From positions 310,001-374,000 of the forward strand of contig JASANG010001329.1 of the NCBI GenBank assembly GCA_030248215.1: 64,000 nt of DNA. The letters are read 5' to 3'. Of this stretch, positions 12,701 through 25,763 are shown one piece after another (the stretch's first letter is position 1; the number at the start of each line of letters is the position of its first letter). The notes under the pieces were generated by a model. It was not told where the DNA came from. It did not search any database and saw only the letters and a program-made list of their open reading frames with translations. This DNA is from Enoplolaimus lenunculus (taxonomy: Eukaryota). The position numbers and the translations under genes are program-made.

Positions 12701-15038
12701 GCTTCACATAGTCCTAAAACTAACAATAAATCTAACAGGATGACAGTAGTTAGCAATGATTCTTATTACTGCCAAAGATTCCCTATTTGCAGTCATTGTA
12801 CAATGTAGAAACGATTTTCGCATCACAAACCTTTGATTAGGAAATTGCGTACACCGATGCTTGCATGAAAATATTATCCTCAGTAAATACTGAAAATATT
12901 GCACATAATTTATGTTTTAGGTCCAAAAATCTGTGAGCTTGTAGTAACGGATGGGGGTACTACGATTCCAGGTGAGTCTACTTTCTAAACTCGCAAGTCA
13001 AAACCCGACTATGGCTTAATAAAATATGTGAAAAACAAACATTTTAATGCCAATTATATTTCAGTTTTTTTTCTGTTTGACACTCGCAAAGCGTTGCTGA
13101 TTTATAAATTGATTATATATTTTAAAAATTACAAATCTAATTGTGTAAAATTATTTTAGATAAATTTCGCCAGCATACATCAAGCAGCAGTCAGTCAAGT
13201 CGATGCGATAGTTTGTACACAATGCGAGTTCCTAAATTGCCTTCATATCCAAATCCTCAAAGTATGTTATAGTTTTGAGAGTTCGTTTGGTTAGAGAAAG
13301 CTACGTTGCGGTTGAACAACAACGCGGTGTTAAGCTTGACATAATACACTTATTCGTTCTGGACGTAGAATGAAGCAGTCACGTCGAATCGAATCGATAT
13401 CAATGCATCTTCTGCAATAACATATGTAACGATGTTTTCTCTCACTCAAGCTTCCACCGAGTACAATATTGAAGAAAATATCAAAATGTACGCTACTCAA
13501 AAATTAATCGTGGAAGCCTTCAAAATTTTAACCAATTGTTTCAGCCTCCACATCAAAACATACGTCGCTTGCTTGAAATAGTAATACGGTGCTTCCTGGA
13601 AAACCTACATTAATATAACACTTCAATCGAAATATGCAAGAACTAAGCACATAATTACGTTTCACATACTCAAACTTGTGCCATGCTGCAATTTTTACGC
13701 GCGCCTGCTTTTGCACAGATCAGAACAATTTAGCAAACTATCTATCTTTGTTAACTTCAACGCTGAGCTGCGTAAAAAGTACAGAAATCAACCTGAAGCC
13801 AGATTGCTAATAATCAAGCCAATGTATAGAACAGGGTCGCAACAGTAGTATAAGCATATACCTGTGTGTAAGCCTAACCATAAGCCTTACTGTAACAATG
13901 AGCTTGTACCTAAGTTTAAGCTAAAGCAAAAATTTAGTCTTAAGGACAGAAAAGCGTTTCGCCACTGATCTTCATATGGGCCACAATCAGCAACACTAAC
14001 CGCAGAACTCGCATAGCCGACATTCTACAGTGGTCAGTTTTTTAGCTGTTCTGCGAATTGTTGACACTTTATTTTATTTAAAATAAACAAATACTGAACC
14101 AGAAAATTAAACAAAATACCATTTTATTTGCAGTCAATTCCACTAATGAACTGGAAGAAGTCGCGTTAACTCCCAATCATATCGAAAAACACCGAGCGAT
14201 ATCCGAACGTATGTTAAATATGTACAGTGACGTTTTAGGCATTAAACCAAAATGTTTCCAGAAGCCAAAGCGGCAGTTGCATGAATTTGTCGCTTGCACG
14301 GAAACTTTCTAAATTCTGAAATTTTAGTTTTTAGGCAGGATTTTTGTAAATTTTTCGATGTTTTAAGATCGACCAATTGCAAGAAGAAGCAGTGTTCTAA
14401 CCTCGCCAGATTTTTTAGCATATTTAGCTAGAAAACACACTGTAACGTTCAGATGAACCATTTGCGTCGCAAAACTGTATCAGCAGTGCCTGTGGAAAGT
14501 ATACATTTCATATCGCACCTAGTTCTGCCCCTATATGAAACTAATTAGATGGGATGCACAATGATGTCGAGAAATAAAGGTTACAAAACAGGGGCGGATC
14601 CAGAAGTATCTGAAAAGGGCGTCCACTCGAAATAGATTAGAACAAAATTTGCAAGCGAAGTGAGAGCGACATACCAAAGTATAATTTAAATTCTATATCT
14701 AAATCGATAATCATGGTTATGATCCTAGTTGTTTGGTCTAGGCCTAGGAGCCCCCTTGGATCAGATAGTGATACAATAAAATTCCTACTTGCACCCCTCA
14801 ACCCAATAATATGAAAGTCTCCGTACAGTGCTTTAACCAAAGCCTAGACTGTTCAATTTGTAAACCCTCCAGTGTCATCTTGCAGTGAGCAGGGCGTATA
14901 ACACGGACCGATGTACAGATTGCTCGTCGTTCATTTTAGCTTCGACTTCCGAATCCGATTCTGATAGTGTAGAATCAGAGATATCCGTTGTAAAAGTTGA
15001 TTCAGAGCGCGCCGTGTCGATAATTTCACAAGCGTCAG
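9791..15038 (+). CDS. Chain of small in-frame exons encoding a Ser-rich low-complexity peptide; putative alternative long N-terminus of stum, or a separate gene
   Basis: Candidate exons 9791-9803 (ATG), 10322-10375, 10738-10779, 11718-11777, 12921-12971, 13160-13261, 14134-14208, (14368-14441), 14873/14886-15038. All are AG/GT bounded, mostly phase 1-1, and join without stops (MQSTGHSSTGSSNK...SESDSDSVESEISVVKVDSERAVSIISQAS). Confidence 0.55.
10034..10251. mobile_element. Merlin-like telomeric-repeat MITE (GGCCCATGTTACTTTAAGGGGCG subfamily)
   Basis: GGCAAATGTTACTTTATGGGGCG ... GCCCCTTAAAGTAACATGGGCC, with two internal (GCCTAA)n tracts. Confidence 0.8.
12014..12215. mobile_element. piggyBac-like (TTAA-flanked) MITE containing a tRNA-like segment
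   Basis: TTAA|CCCTTTCTTACAT ... ATGTGAGAAGGGG|TTAA. The minus strand has TAGCTGAGTGG and GTTCGAATCC (A/B-box-like) within 12061-12124. Confidence 0.65.
13818..13982. mobile_element. Merlin-like telomeric-repeat MITE
   Basis: GCCAATGTATAGAACAGGG ... CTGATCTTCATATGGGCC, with a degenerate AAGCCT core and near-matching flanks ATAATCAA/ACAATCAG. Confidence 0.7.
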
Positions 15039-15331
15039 GTAAGTTCTGTTTATGCACTGTACCAGTTGAAACCGTTCAAGCTATAATAAGTAGTGTTTTG
15101 AAATGTTGAAAATTCATATATACCATATCATTCCAACGTGTTGTTTAAAAGTCATTTTATAATAGATCGTTTCGTGGTTAACTTAAATATTTAAGACATT
15201 GTTGTTAGCAGGCGTTTTTCGATCCTTTTTAAAGTTTCCGGTGTCTGTATATTGTCATAAAAAGTTTTATTTAACGATAGTAAAATTACCAGTTTGACTT
15301 AGATATGCTAGAAATGAAGTTGTATGTGTGA

Positions 15332-15483
15332 GGGTTTAGCTATAGTTTACTGAGTCGGACGCCGCACCGCGCGTCGCCGCACGCCTCTATGCGTTGCTAA
15401 CAGAAATATCGGCAAAATCTATTTGGTGGTTTGCGGTAGCGAGCGGCGGTGTCCGGCGACGAGCGGAGAGTATAGCGCAACCC
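15332..15483. mobile_element. Harbinger/Tourist-like MITE, short copy of the 27.7-kb element
   Basis: TGA|GGGTTTAGCTATA ... GTATAGCGCAACCC|TAA. The internal TATGCGTTGCT.ACA.AAATAT.GGCAAAATCTA is shared with 28161-28195. Confidence 0.7.
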
Positions 15484-16202
15484 TAACAACGTAAAACAAC
15501 TTTGGAATAAAAATTTAAAGGGCTGCGGCTAGGGTATAACCGAGCTCACTCTCTCTTGGCTGCGTGAGCGCAGCAGCTTATTAAAAATAGAGAGGTCATA
15601 CGCGAGGGTGTAATATATGAGGCGGAAGAAAACTCGCATGCAAAGAAAGCATGAAGGCAAATAAGCGTGAATGAAACACGGATTAACCTGAAGGGCACCC
15701 AAGGTGCAAAATGTTTTAAAATCGCATAGTGGACCGGTTTTTCCGGGGATTCTTAGGTACCCAGCCTACCCGGGGTGGTGGAGAGTGGTAAGGGCGTCGA
15801 GGCTTTTAGTCTTGTTAATCAACACTACGTTTTCAGTTGTACCACATTTGCTACTGAACGGAAATTTTGCAATAAGCACGTGCAGATGTTGGCATACAGC
15901 TAACGTGGAAAGGATAGCGGTTAACTGGGCCGTTCAATGTTTATTGTGTTAAGCTGTAGTCAAGCAAACATTTGCCACATATACCGGCATAAGAAGTTGT
16001 TGCAATAACAATATGGTGTAATAGTAGCAAGCTTATCTCGAGTGCAAGACATTCGTGTTCAATTTCCAAAGTGGTCCTAAGCTTTGAATAAATCTTGTAA
16101 CAGGTACCATGTAGACAGTACCGTTCCAACACGCATCTTATCAGAGTTCTAAATTCCAAATATACATATAATATGCTTACATAGTGTGTCGTCCGTTGAA
16201 CA

Positions 16203-19200
16203 ATGATATCATCAACGCACGAAACGGGATCCGGCAGCAAAAGCGAACCGAAACCAACAGAAAAACGCGATTCCATTAATAGTAACATTGTACTGCAAAG
16301 TATTGCACTGAAAGATAGTTTGCTATCAATTGCAGAACGGCATATATTTAAAAGGAATAGTGAACTTCGAAGCTCGACTAACGATGTCGATGAGAAAGGA
16401 TGGTCTATTGTGCGACGAAATTTGCCCAAAATTGTTGCGTACGGATATGCCGAAGGGATATTGCAGCAAAAAGTTCAAGTAAACGCAAAAATGTCGTCTT
16501 GAATAGGAAATGGTCGTTTTCGAATTTGAGGTCATTCGCTGGCAATAAATTGTGATACCGTTTTTGTTCAAAGAAGCTAACAACTTTTTGAATTACGAAA
16601 CTTAGCCATTATAGAATGTGCGGCACGTTTCAAATTTTTTATTTAAACAATTAGGTCTGGAATTTAACATAAAATTCTCATTTTCGGATTTGTTTACTGG
16701 CTCAAGCTGATTTCAGTAACAATTTTCAATACTATTTCCGCAAAAACTTACAACCATAAGCGTATGATCAGTCTGACAAAAGTATAGAAGAATAGCTGAT
16801 TCGTTGATAAAATGAAATTCGTTGACTGTAAATATTAATTCTTCCGTAATCATGTTATTAATTGCAGAAACCTGTGCCTTCTCAGCACTCGCTCGATTTA
16901 GGTAAACCAGAACAAGACGCCGATAAAAGTGCGATCCAAACATCACCACGGGCAGAAATTGACATTCCAGGTAGTTTTTGCTTGAAAGTTTGCGTTCACA
17001 GGTTAGACGTCGTTAAAGTTACAGCGGTTGTTTCAACTGAGGTTATAAAATTACATTTTGAAAGCATACGCAGTGTTCGAAGCCTGCTTATAGCATTTAT
17101 CGCCAGTAAGTAATCGGTTTGCTTGCCGATGCCGATTTCAAATTTAATAGGGTTATTCTAATTGTAATGCATTATCGTTAAAGAACCGCTCCTTATAAAC
17201 GCGAAGATTAAACCATAAAAACCACAAACGGTTATATTTTTGTGAGAACGAATCATTTCTGTTTTTTTTCAAAACAAACGCAAGCGACATGACAGTTTCC
17301 TGAGAATGTAAACGAATAGTAAAAATAACGGAAACGGATATGGATTGAAATAGTGGAAACGAAGAACAGATATTAAACTATAAAACTTTTTGTACGTGAT
17401 TTAGAACTAATTTTCAGCATAAATAACAGTATTATTTTGTGACGTTTTTCAATCTATTGGAAACCCCAAAACTGCTATTTTAATCGCGTGGAGCGGTATT
17501 TTCCGGATTATATATTTTTGATTTCCAGTCACCGATACTGGTATCATTCATCAAGCAATTCCATTTCTACCGATCCCACTTGCAGTGTTTTGTTTGATCC
17601 TTAATATTTTGACTCCAGGAACAGGTTAGTGATAAAAATAAACAACACCTTCGCTCTGTAGGCCCACTTTTCCAGCTGCTTCAGTTAAAAAAGTCTGTAG
17701 TTCCTACCTAGACTGACAGCCGGTATGTATAGTATGAGGATAAATATTCAGAAATGAAAATTTTCGTTCTATGTGCGTATATCACGCACTGTGTAGGTGT
17801 AGCATCTATCAATAGCTAGTAGGCCATTGTTTAATGCACCGTCCACTTTATTTTGCGTCCATGCCGTGGAAATAGAAGTTGTCAATTCACCGTCTGAGTA
17901 AATGCAAACTGCTCGGGACGGTAAACAGAAAACAGAAAAACTACAGCAGTAGAACACGTAAATTTTCAAATTTAGTTGATAGGTCAACTGAATTCTAAAG
18001 GTCAACTTAAATTACTACTTGATGTTTTAACAAACGTCAGGAAGAGGAAATTATATTTAGTGAGCTTGTATCGTGTGGGATACGGTATTTTCAATTTAAG
18101 GGACAAGAGGGAAATTGAAAACTAACAGATTCTCAGATGGTAAATTGAATTAAAATTTATATTTTATAATTTTAAAATTCACCAATGCAGAATCTACAAA
18201 ATTTGGGACGGGGGAAACTGAGTTCGTACAACAACGTGTGTGGCATAGATACGGTAAAATCTATGATGTTAAAGATATGACCCGTAAAAACATATTTAGA
18301 TGTTCAGAAAGTAGCAATGGAGGCACTAGCAATACTTACGTAAAAACCTTGCTAGGCTATTTGCGGGACGGTGTTGTTGTTGGAACTGATTCTCGAGCAA
18401 CTTCAGGACCAATTGTTGGAGGCAAATCGTACAATAACCCGCAGAAAATTACAAACAACATAGAGCATGTTGATTTTCTATCGATTTGTTTTCAGCACAA
18501 TTCTGAGTTGATAGTTTAATATGTTATCAGTGAATATGAAACTAGCGCATGCGGTGCAGTAACTGCTGCTGATTTGGATCAAGTTATGTTATTAGCGCAT
18601 ATTAAACTATTTTAGTTGAATACAAACCGCAAACCACGTGTTATTGCGTGTCATCGTATTGCTTTTGTTCAAATTTGCTCTTAATTATAGATTAAACATA
18701 TTCTTAAGCCTAAGCAGCGGATGGATAGAACAGGATGCACTAAGCCGCCCAACGATTTGCAAATAATGTTCTAATATTAATAATTGGGCACAATAAAAAT
18801 GATGCACTATCTACCCTACCACATTCAACCAAAATATAAATAAATGATAACTGAAAGACCACCCAGCGATTGACCTTTTATCTAGATCGCTAAAATCGAA
18901 CGATACGTGTCAGAAATATTTGAAACTTTTCTTCAATAAGGGATCCATTCGAAACGATGCATAATTTTACAATTCAAAATAGGGGTCAAATAATAACTTA
19001 AAATCGAAAATTTCCATTTACTTTTATTCATTTCTGAGTTCTAATGCATTTACCATTGTCAATTATAAAGTTGAAGTCAACTGACCTTTTACATATTATT
19101 AAACTGAATACACGTAGTAATTTGTGTTTTTACCCTTTATCTCAAGTTGAAAATTGAATACAATGTTTAATAATACAAGGGAAATGGAGCTTTTAAATTA

Positions 19201-21215
19201 AAGAATATGTTTTCAATTTCCGACTTGATGTTGAAAACACAAAACCTCCATTTACTACTTGGGATTGGAGGATTCATATTTCCGCAGCATGGACGCAAAA
19301 TAAAGTGGGCGGTGCATAACTTTCGAACCTGCGGAAGGAAAATTTAGGAATATTTGTACACTTTCGATGGCGTTACTGAAGAACAATTTCATTAATTTGG
19401 GATTGGAACGCATCTATTAAGATGCGATTGGGCGCTAAAAAATTTTCAGGAGGGGCATATAAGGGTTTTCGATGACTTACAAGCGAGGTTGAAAATTTTC
19501 TAGTGGAACAAAATTCTTCCATGTGGGGCTGAGCCGTCCCTGGTTTGCCTGTGGCCACGGGCTTTGTTCTACGCAGGAAAGCATTTAAATAAACGCATAT
19601 TCAAGCACACCAGAACGTAACCAGTTGACATTTTCTGAAAATCTCGGCCAAGGTGGATAAAAACAGAAAAATGCCTAGAAAGTTCAAAATTCTTTCTTTA
19701 TTAAATTTTGAAGAGATAGATGTCTGGTGCTTCAGACGTTAATAGGTTTTTAAACAGCTCAGAAATTCGTGTATAAACTGCTTAGAACTGAAATGTCGTA
19801 TATTCAAGAAATTGCTATTGAGAATTTATAAGACACAAGTTAATATATTTTTTGCGCAGTGAAGAAACGTCAGGGGTGACTAGTCCCCCCTGTGTGGGTT
19901 GAAAATTTTGTCAGTCCTTAATAAAACTTTAAGTTACTACGGAGTTCAAGATATGTATTTTCGTGGCAATATAGTTACAGTCACCCGCATTACAAAAATC
20001 CCGAATGTGTCAGTGCTCAGGTCTGACACAAATTACTCCAAAAATATATAATTACAACAGCCAAACGTGGGATCTGGGAGTACAGGCTTCTTCTAAATTA
20101 ACAAATCAAAACGTCATTTTTATTATTTTACTCACCAGAATTTCATAGCACAACTAAAACGTCCCGGTTAATCCATTCGATCCTCTGACCAATTTGATAT
20201 CGTGTCTACGCTACTTTTTAAAGGTACAATTATGAGTGGTATTTTGGTGATGTGCTTCGGCCAACCGCGATTGCAATCAAAAAGCTTCCGACGTTTGCAA
20301 AGTTTGCTTGTTAACGCATTAATTGGTATTGCACAAATGGGGACAATAACATTTATGCTCATTGGTTGGTTTTGGAGTATTGCATGGGGTGCAATACTGC
20401 TGACGCATTCATGTAAGTTTCACAACGTTAAAGTCGGTCGGCAATGGATAATACTCGAGCTGATGACAGGGGCGTAGCATGGATTTCATTTCCAACGCGT
20501 ATGTTTCTTCCGAGCGAACGTAGCGAGCGAGAAATTTTTTTAACTCTATGATCTGGAAGATTCTTTCGCTAAACCTGTTAAAGGTACTCTCTTGATTCTA
20601 GAAGTTCCGGAACAGAATATATCCCTCCTATTACCCTTACCCCTGGGGAAAGCAAGAACACCCAACATATGTATTAATGCAGCACTGTTCGAGCTATTTT
20701 TATATTTACATTATGTAAGCTCAAGCAGATGGTGCAAATAAATTTTACTACTAAACGTAGTTGAACGCATGCACAAATCACATAAAGAGATGGGTTTGGC
20801 ATAGGTTGTGTTTTCGGTTATCCCCATTCCAGCCGGCGTTTGCCGAAAAATGGTTGGATTTTGCAAATTTCTACTTTTATTTGAATTTGTTCTACGCTTG
20901 AACGATGCCCAAAATACGTATGTGAGGCGTTCCAGCATTAACAATATACATCGTAGAAAAAAGTTACCGTTGCATGTAATGCAACCACCTTAACTACAAT
21001 ACAATATTTTCAAACATATTCACATGAACAAAATTTTAGTGCAATACCAACAAGCAAAAGAACATCAGCGTCAAGCAGAAGTCGCTACAGTTGCGCTTGA
21101 GGCGTTGACAAAAGACACTTTATTACGAAGACGAGAAGTTAACGCACTGGTCAAATCTGACAAACAAAGTAAATTATCAAACAGTAATTGCGTTGCAAAC
21201 GGAACTCCGGCTTAA
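16203..21215 (+). CDS. stum: Stum/SPEC3-family membrane protein, 5 exons (16203-16478, 16868-16970, 17529-17624, 20224-20412, 21040-21215), 279 aa
   Basis: The spliced frame contains AIPFLPIPLAVFCLILNILTPGT-GTIMSG..MCFG...NALIGIAQ..TITFMLIGWFWSIAWG, the characteristic Stum hydrophobic hairpin. Splice phases 0,1,1,1 are consistent, and the total of 840 nt ends in TAA. Confidence 0.85.
17834..19317. mobile_element. 1.48-kb inverted-repeat-bounded element in stum intron 3, carrying a proteasome gene fragment
   Basis: ATGCACCGTCCACTTTATTTTGCGTCCATGCCGTGGAAAT (17834-17873) matches the reverse complement of 19278-19317 at 37/40 positions. No clean TSD seen. Confidence 0.65.
18345..18663 (+). pseudogene. 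pbs-2: Proteasome subunit beta-2 (PSMB7/pbs-2-like) pseudogene fragment that retains an intron
   Basis: RDGVVVGTDSRATSGPIVG..S...QKITNNI, an ~80-nt intron-like gap ending in ACTAG, then ACGAVTAADLDQV..LAHIKLF*LNTNRKPRVIACHRI. This matches the beta-2 motifs GADSRAT.G / CGAGTAAD.D / LNTGRK.RV. It has an in-frame TAG, no canonical GT donor at the expected site, and no recognisable N-terminal GTT processing motif. Confidence 0.8.
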
Positions 21216-21711
21216 AATATACAGCTTTGCACCCGATGAATCATTCAATCCAGAAGAGCTGTTTAGCGATTATCAATTTGTCAATTAGTGACATTTGAAA
21301 TTAAAATGAAATTGTCTCTAAATGCTACCGCACGCTTTTAAAGCAATGCAAGATAAAGTGACAAATATAGCGCGAATACAACGCGCGAGATTGCAAAAAT
21401 TTTGGACTTTCGGCGCGATCACACTTTTCAGAGTTTTTATCAGTTCAGGACGGGAAGATTCAAGATTATCTATTCCATCGTCATCATTATATATTTTTTG
21501 CAAATATTGGTTTTTAAATGTGACGAATCAGTGCTGCTTATAGTCTTAAAAACGGCGAAGCGAGAAAGAATGCCTTAGTAAATAACATAGCTATATTATG
21601 TTGTAGCTAAGTGTGGATGACAAAAACGTGAGAACAGATGCTTTATTTCGTAACATTTTATAAATGGTTATTTGAAATTTAATTTAACTCAAAATACGGC
21701 ACAGATTTTAT

Positions 21712-21896
21712 CTGGCACTCCTACTTTGTTGACGTTCGGCGCCGTCCGTCACCGTTCAGCGCCGTCCGTCACCATCCGGTTCCGTTCGTCACCGTACGTC
21801 ACCGTGGGGTATCGTACTTGAATTACTCACATTCGATTGATCCGTACGGTGACGGACGGTAACGGACGGCGCCTCACTACAAGTATAGCGCGTCCC
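21712..21896. mobile_element. Harbinger-like MITE, CCGTCACCG subfamily (short relative of the 61-kb element)
   Basis: GGCGCCGTCCGTCACCG repeats, a GTATCGTA..TGAATTACTCA core and the end AAGTATAGCGCGTCCC|TAA. Relatives at ~5105-5170, 39146-39301 and ~55425-55636. Confidence 0.65.
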
Positions 21897-24800
21897 TAAA
21901 ATGGTTTAACATCGTTAATTGAAAGTCCATAACGCAGCAATTTACTCTGAAACCAGCAAAACATTTCTATCTGGTTTAGAACGTTAGAGCTTCGGGAATG
22001 TTTCTGGTTTTGCATGTTTATCTTTGGCTGCAATATCTTCAACTGTTCCTGATAATTTTTTCACGTTTTTATATTTTCTAATTAAAACAAAGTTATCCGA
22101 ATTATTTTAGTGTTTGCACCAATGAATACTGTTGCTACGATGTCACAATAGTAGTGTATATAATTAAATATTTTTCGTCAGGAGCGTCCGAAGAAAATTA
22201 TATTTGGTTGGGAAGCTTCGAATAATTTTGGGGGACCCTTACAATGGCAATTCACGATTGCTTACTTTTAGACCAAGCCTATTTGACGGGACACCAGCCA
22301 AATTTGCGGAAGGGCAAGGCCACCAATGGCCCTTCGTGGGGACGCCCTTGTTTTTCGCTCAACCTTTGTTTTCTGATTCCACAAATTTTTACTTCTACAA
22401 CTGGTAGCTGAATACCATAGCTAAAGGAACGGTACTCAATGGTCAGATTGTAAGGCGCTGTCAATTACCGTGATAAAAGCGTTACGATTTATTGCAAGGC
22501 TCTAAGTTTAATCATTGCAATTAATATTCAGCGAAAGTTTTGGGTTTACGCTTTATAAACCTTCCCCCCGCGCACCTGTATTTCCATGCTGAGCATTAAA
22601 ATGGAAAACACTTGAAAAGTGTAAACAAATTTGTGGTGGCGATGTGAAGTTTTTAGCATGTGATCGGTTCAAGGGTATTAATGAAGAGGGTGCGTTGAGT
22701 CCGCGCCATTGGTCCGATTGGACAAAAGTGCTTTCAATAGTATATCGACCATAGTTTCATGAAAAATGTCAACAAAATTGCCGCGTAAACTAATAATGCG
22801 GTCTTACACTTTTAGTGTTCAGATTAGCGCCGCCTGACGAGGGTTCGCGTTCTCGAATTAGTTTTTCGAATGTTCAGAGGTTCTCACAAAATCATCAGAC
22901 AACATTTTATAGTCATTTCAAGCATCGAAACAGCATTTTATTTTCTAACGAAATCTGCAGCGTAAGATTAAAATTTTCGGAAAGAATATGGATAATACAA
23001 TGCCCCTGATGTCTCCGTGGGAGAGTGGCCCCGCACGGTCGGCTTATGACCGCTCCTAGGTTAAACAATCTAGGTAACTTCTATTTCTAATGCAAAAACG
23101 ACTCTTTTGTATCCCGCATTTCTAGCTTCTGCATGTTTTGTTTCAAACTTTGATTCGAATTCACGCATATTCAAGTGACTGATTTATTTTCTTTTCAGAA
23201 CGGCTGTTATTCATACTTTTACCGTGTTTGAGATGTAAATGTTGCACGCCCGCTGTTCGACTGCAAATCACGAAGCGAGCGCTGACACGGATTCACAACA
23301 GAAGCACATATTGAACCGAACCAAAATCCGCAAGTTTGGATAGAATTCTAGTCTGTCGATTGCTGCGAGAATTTTTAAAAAACTTATAATTAAAAAAATC
23401 AATTTTACGTTTGAAAATTTTCAGAAGGGCTTAATCGTTGTTCTAACGTAGATTTGCAGTGTTCATTGAAATATATATAATGGCTGGGATTCTGCAAACT
23501 TACTTAAGTATTTACTACTTAAGTTGCCGAAGTTGCACAATTTGTAAAACACAATTTAAAGTATATATAAATGTATTTTGGATATACATTCATATCTCAA
23601 CTGGCACGATTCAAAATGCTGATCAAAGTCCCACCGAAGAACCTCTATTGCATGACACTTTTCTGACGTATGCATTTTCACTTCTTAATCCTTCACACTC
23701 CTTGTATATCTAAACTAATAATTCGGTAGAAAAAGGGGTTTTAAGCAAATTTAACTTTCAAAACCCAATTGTTTTCGTATAATGCTGAATTTTTCAATTT
23801 GCAATCTGATCAAATGTTTGTTTGCAGTTTGCAATAAATTTTGCAAAATATAGAAGCCACAATACTAAAATATTGCTGAGGTTGCGGTGAGAGGTTGAAG
23901 CCAAAAAATTACGGATCGCCAATACTCCACAGGTTCACCGGCTTCGCTTTAAGAACAACGCGTTGGGAACACGGCCAGGCTAGGGTATCTGAGGCCTCCC
24001 AACTGGCAAGATGTGTGTCGCATCGCAAGGAAAAATGCAGGGACGCATAAGATGCTCCTAAACGTGGGATTCATTCGCGGTATCACCTGACGGAAGAAAA
24101 CTCGACAGCAAAACGATCGAAAAGTCAAAACCTGAAAGTGCGCCAAAATCGTAAAATTGTTTTGAAATAGTATTTTGAATCGATATTGCCGTGATGTGGT
24201 AGCCACTGCACCACTGATTGCCATTTTTATATTGTGAACGGTGCATAAAACTATATATACGTAACTTCTTGGCCCTTTCATTTAATTACTGCTTGTCACA
24301 CTTTCGTGTTCTTTTCCTTGATTTAGTGCTTTTTTCATGTATTTATTCTACTTGGTACGTTTCTTTCTGGGGCGCTACAAAAACATAGGCGCTCCACCCA
24401 GATTTTCAGAACCAAAATTACTATGAAATTTTATTCCAAAACTGCGTTCTCTATTTTCAGTGCAGCACCCCGTAGATTTCCTTCAACCGTTGTTGGATCA
24501 GCTGGTGTGGCTCTGGTTTCAATGATAATCAGTATGTTTTTTATGACTTCCTGTACCATAACGATTCTAGTTTACTTGTACCACAGATCATGTTATGAGC
24601 ACTTCGTTCGGCTCGTGCCACACACGACGCATCGCAGCAGCGAGTGTTCACATCTCGGAAAAACGCAAAGCCACGCTACAACTATTACATGTTACATTTG
24701 TACTGTATTAATGCGTAGTGCTTTTACAATGTGTATAAAGTTTGTATAAATTGTTGTAAAGTATACATTTATCCTTTAATCTGGTGCTGAGCCAGTAGTT

Positions 24801-25037
24801 TGGTTGTATACCTCTAGCAGTTCATGGGTCCATTTTCATATAGTTTTTTAACAAATTGGACTTGAACAATATAACATTTTTCACAACCGTGAGAACAGCT
24901 GAAATCAACGAAAAATACAATATTTCAGCCCCCAAAAACAGCGAACGTTTATAGAAAATTAGTAAGCCACTCTATGATTATTTCACATTGGAAACTGTAC
25001 GGGCTGTTGTGCATTTCTATAACAATTTAGTATTTAT

Positions 25038-25763
25038 GTCGTAGGGCAATCTGCTGTTCGGCCAAACCAATCGGCCTAGGCCAATCTGCTATTCGAAGCA
25101 AATAACAGGTTGGCTAAGATCAAATGGTGATTGTGAGATGACGGAAAACAAAAGTGAAACGACCAACGCTGATTGGTTAACGGTATTATGTTTGTCCAAA
25201 TAATCAAATCTGAATGGTCTATAAGTTCAATAGCAATGCGAGCCCAGGCCAAACTGTCATTACACACAACAGCAGAATGGCCTGGGCCAATTAGTAATTG
25301 GCCTGAATAGCAAATTGTAATGGTGGATGCATGGGGGGCCACCCGGCCGTGGGCCCCCCAACAGCATCCCAACAAAAATTATATAGAGTGTCAATTGCTG
25401 TTCTACGCTGTTCCAAAATTAGCAGGCAGTTCTCACTCATTCAAAAACAGAAACAGATGTTGCTGAAGCTGACTGGATTTTCCTTTTTCAAAACTAAATT
25501 GGCTTCCGAATCCAAGCCTTTAAATTTGTGCCTGTGTGAAAACGAATCTGAGCTTATGTTGTTACCCTGTTGTTTAGATATAAATTGCGTTGATGCGTTA
25601 TTTTTATTTGTGATTAATCTCAATTGAACGAACGTAAAGAAGTCAATTTCATGGCAATAGATGGCGGCTTGTGCGTGGGTCAAAAATAAGTTTATTACTT
25701 ATGAAATTTTGGGCTCCCCCCATTGTGAGATCCTGGACCGCCACTGGCAAATTGGCCTACGAC
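25038..25763. mobile_element. TA-flanked MITE (TGTCGTAGG.CAAT TIR) interrupted by a hAT-like MITE at 25318-25746
   Basis: Outer element TA|TGTCGTAGGGCAATCTGCT ... GCAAATTGGCCTACGACA|TA. The inner element ends GGACCGCCACTG and has a perfect 8-bp TSD GCAAATTG (25310-25317, 25747-25754). Confidence 0.75.

Noticed and set aside
18238..18519. Functional proteasome subunit gene
   Set aside because: In-frame TAG in the second segment, no canonical donor, no N-terminal processing motif and no further exons found; called a pseudogene fragment instead.
22815..24749. Possible + strand gene (acceptors at 23198 and 24460; hydrophobic stretch VGSAGVALVSMIISMFF)
   Set aside because: I could not assemble a stop-free, phase-consistent model or recognise a family; a transcript here cannot be excluded.
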